From Deltaproteobacteria bacterium (GTDB taxonomy: Bacteria; Desulfobacterota; Binatia; Binatales; Binataceae): a DNA stretch of 32,000 nucleotides. Both the position numbers and the translations under genes were made by a program. The notes under the pieces were generated by a model. That model searched no databases, was not told the origin of the DNA, and worked only from the letters and a program-made list of their open reading frames with translations. This document shows positions 8,273 to 15,821 of the stretch, in pieces (position 1 is the first letter of the stretch; each line of letters begins with the position of its first letter). Location of the stretch: NCBI GenBank assembly GCA_021794015.1, contig JAJYRQ010000004.1, positions 72,901 through 104,900 of the forward strand. Reading direction: 5' to 3'.

Positions 8273-9223
8273 TCACACGCCCAGCGCCTTTGCCGCCAGA
8301 AAACTAACTGTCAGCAGCACGGCGAACTCCAGGTGGAGTTGCGCTTCGAGGTTAATTGCCGGGTGGAGCGCTGCGCCCTCGCTTGCGCGGCAAAGCCTAT
8401 GGACCTTAAGCGCGTGCGGCAGCGTTGCCAACACCACCAGGCCCGTAACGGGTACCGTCCGCGTCACCACCCCGGCGAGCACGGCGCCGTAGGCGGCGGC
8501 GTTAAAGCACGCCAACTCCCAAAACGCGCCTCGCCGGCCGAGAATTGTGGCCAAGGTGCGCTTGCCGTGGGTGCTGTCGCTGGCGATATCGCGCAGGTTG
8601 TTCACCTGCAGGATGCCCGATCCGAGAAAGCCCATCGAAAGCGATACCCAGACCGCAGCCGCGGAAAATTTAAGCGCCGTGACGTAATAGGCGCCCAGTA
8701 CGATGGCCGGTCCCAGAAAAAGAAACGACAGCAGATCGCCCAGCGCAAGGTAGCCCAGCGCCAGCGGCGCCCCGGTGTAAAAGTAGCCGGCGGCTACGCT
8801 CGGCACGCCGATGGCCAAGACCGGCCATCCGCATCGGTAGGCAAGCCAGAGGCCGATCGCCGAGCCCAGTGCAAAGGCGGCTACGCCTCCGGCCCAGACC
8901 TGTTCAGGGCGCAAGAAGCGGCGCTGGATGGCCAGGCTTGGTCCAAAATTCTCCACCGCCAGCACGTCGAAGGAGTCCACGCCGCTGACGAAATCGCTGT
9001 AATCGTTCACCAGGTTGGTCCCCGCCTGTATGGCGACCGCGCCGATTAGCGCCAGCACAAACCTCACCGGCGAGAAATGGCCGTGGTAGACGGCCGCCGC
9101 GGTTCCCACCAGCACCGCCCCCGAGGAGACGGTCAGCGTCCACGACCTGGCCGCTACGATCCAGGTCATCAGCTTGCCGGGCCTTCCCTGACTATCCTCC
9201 AAGATCGCTTCTGTCTGCGTCAT
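8273..9223 (-). CDS. menA: UbiA-superfamily prenyltransferase, MenA type (1,4-dihydroxy-2-naphthoate polyprenyltransferase-like)
   Basis: NLVNDYSDFVSGVD (NDYxDxxxGxD) and NNLRDIASDSTHGKRTLA (NNxRDxxxDxxxGKxTL). The N-terminus aligns with E. coli MenA (W...R..TL....A..VGTA.A...GHF.P). Polytopic and hydrophobic. Start uncertain: ATG at 9277, 9223 or 9169. Confidence 0.8.
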   Translation of the reverse strand: MTQTEAILEDSQGRPGKLMTWIVAARSWTLTVSSGAVLVGTAAAVYHGHFSPVRFVLALIGAVAIQAGTNLVNDYSDFVSGVDSFDVLAVENFGPSLAIQRRFLRPEQVWAGGVAAFALGSAIGLWLAYRCGWPVLAIGVPSVAAGYFYTGAPLALGYLALGDLLSFLFLGPAIVLGAYYVTALKFSAAAVWVSLSMGFLGSGILQVNNLRDIASDSTHGKRTLATILGRRGAFWELACFNAAAYGAVLAGVVTRTVPVTGLVVLATLPHALKVHRLCRASEGAALHPAINLEAQLHLEFAVLLTVSFLAAKALGV

Positions 9224-9424
9224 AAGCCCGCGTCCCCGCCATCTTGGCTCTGCGGTACCAGCCACCGGCGCGCCCATGGGCCACCGGTGGCAGAGCCGCT
9301 CGTCGCGGATGACGAAGGTTGAATCTAGCAGGCTCGCCGCCTGGGCTCCACATCTCCCGAGCTGCGGCGAGCTTACTGTCCGGCAGCGGCCGATGCCGGC
9401 GAGGTGCGGTAAAGAGGGCGGACG

Positions 9425-10216
9425 CTACGGCCCTGTGCTGAGAAACTGCTGTTGCTCGCCTTCCAGGACCAGACAGGTCAGAATCCCGCTTTCGTAGGCG
9501 CCGGTGTCGATCCCGATGCGATTGTGGCGTACGTCGGGAGCCGTGCTGATGCAATGCCCGTGCACCACGATGGCGCCGAAATCGGCTTGCGAGGTCACGA
9601 ACCGCTTGCCGATCCAGAGCAGGTCCCGGTCGCTCTGGGCGTCTATCGGGACGCCGGGGCGGACCCCGGCATGAACGAAAAGATAATCACCCTCGCGGTG
9701 GCGGACTTTGAGCGCTCGGAAGAACTGCAGGTGGGATGCCGGCATCTGGCTGGCGACCCGGGCGCGCAGCTCTGCCAGGGCTGCCGCGCTCTGGACCCCT
9801 GCGGGTGGTGTGGCGATCCCGTAGCTGGCCAGGGTGTCGCGCCCGCCGTAGGTGAGCCAATGGCCCCCCGCTTCGTCGTCGCCGTCCAGGAAGCGAAGCA
9901 GGAGGTCTTCGTGGTTGCCCTTGAGGGCGACCGTTTCGAAGCCGGCAAGGGGTTGTCGCACCAGGGTTTCGACCGCGCGGCAGGAGTCGGGACCGCGGTC
10001 GATGTAGTCGCCCAGATAGACCGCCACGCGGCGCACGGCCGTTGCCCGTCGGGCGTTGTCGCGGATCGCCGCGTGGATGCGGTCCAGCAGGTCGGCCCGC
10101 CCGTGAACGTCACCGATCACGTAAACGACGCATCCGGAAGGTACACGCCCGGCGGGCGCTCCCGGCCCCTCGCCCGCCGGCGGCAGACGAAAGGGAGGCG
10201 GAAAAGGCTCATTCAT
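9425..10216 (-). CDS. Calcineurin-like metallophosphoesterase (PPP family, PrpA/ApaH-like)
   Basis: Motifs VIGDVHGR, YLGDYIDRGP, LKGNHE and VHGH. Its ATG overlaps the ubiX stop by 8 nt (GCGGATGAATGAGCC). Confidence 0.8.
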   Translation of the reverse strand: MNEPFPPPFRLPPAGEGPGAPAGRVPSGCVVYVIGDVHGRADLLDRIHAAIRDNARRATAVRRVAVYLGDYIDRGPDSCRAVETLVRQPLAGFETVALKGNHEDLLLRFLDGDDEAGGHWLTYGGRDTLASYGIATPPAGVQSAAALAELRARVASQMPASHLQFFRALKVRHREGDYLFVHAGVRPGVPIDAQSDRDLLWIGKRFVTSQADFGAIVVHGHCISTAPDVRHNRIGIDTGAYESGILTCLVLEGEQQQFLSTGP

Positions 10217-10790
10217 CCGCCGGCTCCGGCCGTTCGCCCCAGCGGCGGAAAAGCGAGTGCTCGATGCCGAACTGGTCGAGCGCCTTGCCGATGGTCTGAT
10301 GGATGAGATCCAGGATCGTCAGGGGACGATGGTAAAAGGCGGGCACCGGCGGCAGAATGACCGCGCCCAGGTCCGCAGCCTCAGCCATAAGCTTCAGGTG
10401 GCCTTTGTGCAGGGGCGTTTCCCGCACCATCAGGACCAGCCGCCGGCGCTCCTTGAGCGTTACGTCGGCGGCACGCCCGACCAGATTTGCGGCCGCCGAG
10501 TTGGCGATCGCCGATAGGGTCTTGATACTGCACGGAGCCACGATCATACCCCGGGTAGGAAACGACCCGCTGGCGGGCGCGGCGCTGAGATCCTCGCTGT
10601 CATAGACCACGTCGGCCATGGCCTTGACTTCGGCCAGCGAGTAGGCGGTTTCGATCTTGAAGTTTCGCGCCGCCGCCTCGCTGATTATCAGGTGAGCCGG
10701 CGCGCCCAGCCTGCGCAGCGCCTTGAGCGTCTCGACGCCATAAATGACGCCCGAGGCGCCCGTGATGGCGACCAGCAGCGGCGCGGTCAC
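10209..10790 (-). CDS. ubiX: Flavin prenyltransferase UbiX (prFMN synthase)
   Basis: 193 aa. LVAITGASGVIYG, MIVAPCSIKTLSAIANS, AADVTLKERRRLVLMVRETPL, PPVPAFYHRP. The GTG start overlaps the upstream stop (GTGA). Confidence 0.92.
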   Translation of the reverse strand: MTAPLLVAITGASGVIYGVETLKALRRLGAPAHLIISEAAARNFKIETAYSLAEVKAMADVVYDSEDLSAAPASGSFPTRGMIVAPCSIKTLSAIANSAAANLVGRAADVTLKERRRLVLMVRETPLHKGHLKLMAEAADLGAVILPPVPAFYHRPLTILDLIHQTIGKALDQFGIEHSLFRRWGERPEPADE

Positions 10791-11188
10791 CGGCGCCTCT
10801 CTGCCTGCTTGAGTCTGCGTATCAGCTTATCGGTTACCTCGCGGCAGTGCATGATGACGGTGCCGAGCCTGCGGCGGTCCAGGCCGTCCCAGTGGACACC
10901 GGCGGCTACGACCACGTTGGTGTTAAGCGCTGCGGCCAACGCTTCGGCGGCCTGTTTGACCACGACGTCTTCCTTGTGGCCCGGGTAGGTCAGGACCGAG
11001 GAGGTGGCGCTGGTCTTCGCCGGGTCGGCCAAGCTTGGGCGAGGTTGAGCGGCGGCGACGGCGCCGATGTGCGGCCGGGTTCCGCCCCATATGAAAACCA
11101 GCAGGTCGGCGCCGATCCGGACTGCTTCGGCTTCGACGCGCAGCGTACGGGTGCTGCTGCGTAGCCGAAGACGCTCTACGGCCGCCAT
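10787..11188 (-). CDS. LpdD-like protein (putative prenylated-flavin chaperone or accessory subunit of UbiD enzymes)
   Basis: ADLLVFIWGGTRPHIGAVAAA ... TYPGHKEDVV ... VVAAGVHWDGL resembles, from memory, Lactobacillus plantarum LpdD (LLIVVTGGTNPHIGDV ... FPSHDGRFHKD ... TITAGIHVNQIT). It is translationally coupled to ubiX. I chose the ATG at 11188; the ORF extends to a TTG at 11257. Confidence 0.6.
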   Translation of the reverse strand: MAAVERLRLRSSTRTLRVEAEAVRIGADLLVFIWGGTRPHIGAVAAAQPRPSLADPAKTSATSSVLTYPGHKEDVVVKQAAEALAAALNTNVVVAAGVHWDGLDRRRLGTVIMHCREVTDKLIRRLKQAERRR

Positions 11189-11383
11189 GACTTGTCGCGC
11201 CGGCCAGCGCCGTGGTTTCGTTGCCGGCCGGCGACGCCCGTGCTCAAGCCGCACCAACGACGCCCGCCAACCCGCACCAGGGCGGGCGGTTTCCTGTCAC
11301 GCGCGGGCCTTTTGGCGTCTTGAACCAGGCTTTCGATGCTTGCGGCTAGAGCGTCGCGCCGCATCCGGTTGTCGGCCGACATC

Positions 11384-13063
11384 TCAGGTCTTGCTTGCCT
11401 TCAACGGGAACTCGGGGGAGTCTGCGGTTAGGCGGCTGTCGATTTGCTGTCGCAGCGCCTTTTTGTCGACCTTGCCCGAATCGCCCACCGTCGGCATCGA
11501 AGCTACCATCTCGAGCCGTTCTGGGAACTTATACCGGGCGATCTTTTTCTCGGCCAAAAAGCGGGTCATCGCTTCAAAGCTGAACGTCCGGCCCGGCCGC
11601 GTCACGACGCAAGCCGCGGCGCGCTCGCCGTACACCGGGTCGGGGATTGCGACCACGGCTACCGCGGCGACTGCGGGATGCTCGTTGAGCAGGCCCTCGA
11701 CCTCGGCCGGGTAGATGTTCTGCCCGCCCCGGATAATCACATCCTTCTTGCGTCCTAGCACCCACAGGCAGCCACGCTCCATCTTGACCACATCCTCGGT
11801 TGTGGTCCATCCCTCGGCGTCAAAGACCTGCGCCGTCAAGGCGGGATCACGGTAGTATCCGGCGGGAGCGTGTGGCCCACGTATCCAGAGCACGCCGGGC
11901 TCGCCGTCAGGCGCTGCCGTGCCGGCGTCGTCGAGCAGCCGCACCTGGTTGCCCGGCAGCGGGCGGCCCACGGTACGGCGGCGCAAATCAGCCGGATCGT
12001 TGACCTGGCAGCCGGAGACCGACCCGCGGTCTTGCGTGCCAAGGTCGCTGGTGATGACGGCACCGAGCCGCCGTTCCGCCTCTTCCGCTAACTGAGGCGA
12101 GAGATAGCCGCCGGCGCAGCGGATGAACCGCAGCGCTGATAGGTCGTAATCCTCGGGTTTGCTTTCCAGCATCCGCACCAGGTGCGTGGGCACGACCCCG
12201 ATGGCGGTGACTCTCTCCCGGGCCATCAACTCAAGCGCAGTTTGCGGATTGAACTCTTCGAGCATCACCGTTTTGGCGCCGACCAGCGGCGCAGCGAAGT
12301 AGGTCAGCGTCCCGGCGGCGCCGCCGGCGTGGGGCGCCACCGCCATGGTCACGTCGTCGGCGCGCAGTTGCCACAGCTCGACGCGCGCCTTCGAGGTGCA
12401 CAGCCGCGGCGCAATCGGCCATTCCACCAGCTTGGGGAGCCCGGTGGTGCCGCTGGTGGTGGTCAGCAGCGCCACATCCCAAAACGGGTCCAGCCGCCGG
12501 CGCGCCAGCGTCGCCGGCTCGGCCTTGTCCAGGTAGTCGCGGGCCGCTCTGACCAGTGAGCGCACGCCAGCCGTGTCGCCAGCCGGAAGCTCCGCGTCGA
12601 AAAGGTAAATTCGCGTCAGGCTGGGGAACCTGCCCATCAGCTCCCGGTACATGGCCAGGTAGTCGAAGTCGCGGTAGCGGCGCGGGATGACCGCCATGCT
12701 GGCCTGGGTCTGCTCGACCATATATTCCAGCTCGGCCTGGCGCAGGTAGGGGTAGGCGGTAAGGGAAATCAGGCCAGCACGCTCGCAGGCGATGCGTGCC
12801 AGGAAGCCGTAGACGCTGTTGGGCGCCTGGACGATCACGCGGGCGTCGCGCGGCAGCCCGTCATCGATCCAGGCCGCCGCGATGGCGTCGACGAGGCGCG
12901 CGGCCTCGGCCCAGGTGACCCGGTAGTTGGAATCGACGAGCGCTTCCCGGTCCGGCCGCTCGGCCGCATTGCGTTGGTAGAAGTCGTAGAAAGTCTCGTT
13001 GGTCCAGTGGCCTTGGCGTACGAACTCGTCCACCATCGGGGGAAGGTAACGGATCGGCCTCAT
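11384..13063 (-). CDS. AMP-forming aryl/acyl-CoA ligase (class I adenylate-forming enzyme)
   Basis: 559 aa. AMP-binding core TTSGTTGLPKLV. The EntE/DhbE-like aryl-acid ligase N-terminus (YR..G.W....F.D...RNA...PDREALVD) and C-terminal motifs (IIRGGQNIYPAEVE, GKVDKKALR) are present. Confidence 0.85.
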   Translation of the reverse strand: MRPIRYLPPMVDEFVRQGHWTNETFYDFYQRNAAERPDREALVDSNYRVTWAEAARLVDAIAAAWIDDGLPRDARVIVQAPNSVYGFLARIACERAGLISLTAYPYLRQAELEYMVEQTQASMAVIPRRYRDFDYLAMYRELMGRFPSLTRIYLFDAELPAGDTAGVRSLVRAARDYLDKAEPATLARRRLDPFWDVALLTTTSGTTGLPKLVEWPIAPRLCTSKARVELWQLRADDVTMAVAPHAGGAAGTLTYFAAPLVGAKTVMLEEFNPQTALELMARERVTAIGVVPTHLVRMLESKPEDYDLSALRFIRCAGGYLSPQLAEEAERRLGAVITSDLGTQDRGSVSGCQVNDPADLRRRTVGRPLPGNQVRLLDDAGTAAPDGEPGVLWIRGPHAPAGYYRDPALTAQVFDAEGWTTTEDVVKMERGCLWVLGRKKDVIIRGGQNIYPAEVEGLLNEHPAVAAVAVVAIPDPVYGERAAACVVTRPGRTFSFEAMTRFLAEKKIARYKFPERLEMVASMPTVGDSGKVDKKALRQQIDSRLTADSPEFPLKASKT

Positions 13064-13115
13064 GGGGAATCGCCTTACTGCGAGCGGTCCTGGCTGCCGT
13101 TCGGCCCCGGCAAGG

Positions 13116-14612
13116 TCAAGTGCCCGGCTTTTTCTGGGTCGAAGGAGCGGCCGGGCGGGTCAGGCGGTCGATCATCTGCGCCACCGGACTTGAGCCGGCG
13201 AAGCCGTACTCATTCCAGCGTTCGGAGACCTTTTGCAGCACGGTCCGGTCCATGAAAATTTCCCGGGGCTTTTTCTTCCACTCAAAGGGCGTGCAGGCGT
13301 CGAGCAGGATGCGGCTGGTTATTTCGCGCGCCTCGATGGGCAGTCCGGGGTCGAGCGGGGTGGAGCGGCCGCGGTCGATAATCTGGGCCGAGCGCTTGGG
13401 ATCGAAGCGGGTTGCCAGCGCCCACATCACGCGGTCCCAGTCGTCGGCGGCGACGTCGTGGTCCACCACAATTACGCCCTTGACGCCGTAGTGCCCGGTG
13501 GTGCTCGCGATCACCGCGTTGGCCACGTGGTTGGAATGCCCGGGGTACATCTGGCGCACCGACACGATCACCCAGTAGCGTCCGCAGGCCTCGGGCGGGA
13601 TGTAGACGCTCTGGATGCCCGGTACGCGCATGGTTTGCAGGTCGGACCAGAGCGTGGCGGTGCGGTTGAGCGACTGGATCATGTGAATGTCGTTGATCGG
13701 CTTACCCACGGTCGTGGCCCAGAAAATGGGATTATTGCGGTGTAGGATGCGCTGAACCCTGAGCGCCGGCTTCGGCCACTCCTCGTCGGCGTTGCCGGAA
13801 TAATAGCCGGTGTACTCGCCGAACGGCCCCTCGGGGTGCAGGTCCTTCGGGTCGATGTAGCCCTCAAGAATAATCTCGGCCGTGGCCGGCAGCTTGAGCC
13901 CGGTAAGATCGGACTCGAACACCGGCACCGGCGCCTGGCGCAAGGCTCCGCAGACGTCGTACTCGTCGGTTTGGGCGCTGACCAGCGTCGAGCTGGCCAG
14001 GAACAGGACCGGATCGCAGCCGATGACGGCCGCGGCCGGCATCACCTCGCCCCGTGCCTCGTGTTGCTTGAGCATCATGTCCCCGTGCTTGCCCTTGATT
14101 ATCTGGCAGCCGGCAAGGTCTTTGCCCAGTATCTGCATCCGGTAGGTGCCCAGGTTGGTCCAGCCGGTTTCCGGGTCTTTGGTCACCAGGTAGACTGCGG
14201 TGCCGATGAAGCGGCCGCCGTCCTCCGGGTAAAACCAGGGAGCGGGAAACATGTTGAGATCGACGCGGCTTCCCGTGAGCACGTTCTCCATTACCGGCGG
14301 CTGCTCGAATAACCGCGGCTTGATCAACTGGCGCGTGGTCAGCTCCATCCAGCGCTTGGAGAGCTGGCTCATCGAGAGAGCGGGGTCCTGCTCAAGACAG
14401 ATGGCGAGGCGCTGCGGCGTGGTAAAGGCGCTGGTCAGGACCGGAATCCGGTACCCTTTGACATTGCTATAGAGGAGCGCGGGCCCCTTCTGCTCTTCGT
14501 TCACCTTGGAGACGTGGCAGAGTTCCAGGTTCCAGTCGACTTCCGTTTTGACCTCGTGCAACACGCCGCGTTCCCTGCACGCGGCGATGAAATCTCTTAG
14601 GTCGCGGATCAT
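13116..14612 (-). CDS. UbiD-family prFMN-dependent (de)carboxylase
   Basis: 498 aa. MIRDLRDFIAACRERGVLHEVKTEVDWNLE.. is a typical UbiD N-terminus, and length and overall pattern fit. GGAGG lies 7 nt upstream of the ATG. Confidence 0.9.
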   Translation of the reverse strand: MIRDLRDFIAACRERGVLHEVKTEVDWNLELCHVSKVNEEQKGPALLYSNVKGYRIPVLTSAFTTPQRLAICLEQDPALSMSQLSKRWMELTTRQLIKPRLFEQPPVMENVLTGSRVDLNMFPAPWFYPEDGGRFIGTAVYLVTKDPETGWTNLGTYRMQILGKDLAGCQIIKGKHGDMMLKQHEARGEVMPAAAVIGCDPVLFLASSTLVSAQTDEYDVCGALRQAPVPVFESDLTGLKLPATAEIILEGYIDPKDLHPEGPFGEYTGYYSGNADEEWPKPALRVQRILHRNNPIFWATTVGKPINDIHMIQSLNRTATLWSDLQTMRVPGIQSVYIPPEACGRYWVIVSVRQMYPGHSNHVANAVIASTTGHYGVKGVIVVDHDVAADDWDRVMWALATRFDPKRSAQIIDRGRSTPLDPGLPIEAREITSRILLDACTPFEWKKKPREIFMDRTVLQKVSERWNEYGFAGSSPVAQMIDRLTRPAAPSTQKKPGT

Positions 14613-14659
14613 CTTCCTACCTCCGGTAAGCTGCTATTGGCCGGCCGCCGTGCTCCGCC

Positions 14660-15739
14660 TCAGCCCAGCCGCTGGCCGGCCAGGATCGTTGAAAGGATCA
14701 GGTCCATGGGCGACGCGCCCGCAGGCGAGGCCGGCACGCGCGCCTTGTTGCTCCAGACGGTCTCGGGGCGCGCCTGCAGGATGAAGACATCGGTTGCTCC
14801 CGCAGTCCCCCGTTCCACCGCCCATTCGAGGTCGAGCGGGTAGCCGTAATGCTGTTCGAGGCGCTTGCCGATGCCCGCCAGCTCGACGATTTCCTCGTCG
14901 CGCAGTGAGGGCGCCTCCTGCAGCTCGGCGGCCAGCTCGAAGCGCCGCGAAACCTGGCTTTCGCGGTCGACCGTATAGTAAACCTGCTTGCGCGAAACGA
15001 CGCGGCGGAGAATCTCCAGGCCGACCTTGTTGACCATGAATTCGTCGGGGGTAACTTCGCCGCCTACCACCGATTCGCCGAAACCGAAGTTGGCGTTGAT
15101 AAGGATGGTCGACGGGTCGCCGTTGGAGGGATTTAGGGTGAACATCACTCCGGCCGCCGATGAATCGACCATCTTCTGCACGCCGACGCAGATCGCCACC
15201 TTGTCGTGGTCGAAGCCCATCCGAGCGCGGTAGGCGAGCGCCCGCGCGCCGAAAAGACTCGCAAAACATCGCCGCACGTACTGCAGCACCTGGCCGGCGC
15301 CACGAATCCAGAGAAAGGAATCCTGTTGGCCGGCGAAGCTGGCGTTGGGCAGGTCCTCGGCCGTGGCGCTCGAGCGTACTGCAACCGCAACCGCCGCATC
15401 GCCGCAACGTTCGCCCAGTCGGCGGTAGAACTCGGCGATCTCGTCTTCCAGTTGTGCGGTGAATGTTGCGCTTTCAAGATGGGCGCGGATTTCGGCGCTC
15501 GCCGCATCCAGCGCTTGCGGGTCGCGGTAGTCGAGCTGTTCGAGGTGCGAAGCGAGAAGGTGCTGCGCGCCGCTCCCGGCCAGAAACTGCCGATAACCCG
15601 CAACGGTTACCGCAAAGCCCGGCGGGACCAGCGCTCCGGCGCGCATCAACTCGCCCAGCGAGGCGCACTTGCCGCCCACCAGCGCGGTCGAACCTTGGCT
15701 GCAGTCGTGCAGCCAGCAGACCAGCGGACTCGCCTTCAT
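14660..15739 (-). CDS. PEP-synthase-like ATP-binding subunit (PPDK_N/ATP-grasp), phenylphosphate synthase beta (PpsB)-like
   Basis: LVGGKCASLGEL..AG..VPPGFAVT is the hallmark N-terminus of the pyruvate-phosphate-dikinase/PEP-synthase nucleotide-binding domain. At ~360 aa (~40 kDa) it lacks a His swivel domain. I prefer the ATG at 15739, preceded by GAGGGAAG, over 15763. Confidence 0.8.
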   Translation of the reverse strand: MKASPLVCWLHDCSQGSTALVGGKCASLGELMRAGALVPPGFAVTVAGYRQFLAGSGAQHLLASHLEQLDYRDPQALDAASAEIRAHLESATFTAQLEDEIAEFYRRLGERCGDAAVAVAVRSSATAEDLPNASFAGQQDSFLWIRGAGQVLQYVRRCFASLFGARALAYRARMGFDHDKVAICVGVQKMVDSSAAGVMFTLNPSNGDPSTILINANFGFGESVVGGEVTPDEFMVNKVGLEILRRVVSRKQVYYTVDRESQVSRRFELAAELQEAPSLRDEEIVELAGIGKRLEQHYGYPLDLEWAVERGTAGATDVFILQARPETVWSNKARVPASPAGASPMDLILSTILAGQRLG

Positions 15740-15821
15740 CGTGCTTCCCTCGACTCCTCGCAACCCAGCGCCAGGGCTTGGTAGGCTGAGGGCGCAGGCG
15801 CTACCGCGCCCTGACGCCGGC

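Noticed and set aside
11176-11382. The 68-codon ORF in the ligase/LpdD gap, considered as a confident gene call.
   Set aside because: It is Arg-rich with no recognisable motif and overlaps the LpdD-like start. I kept it only as a hypothesis within a finding, not as a feature.
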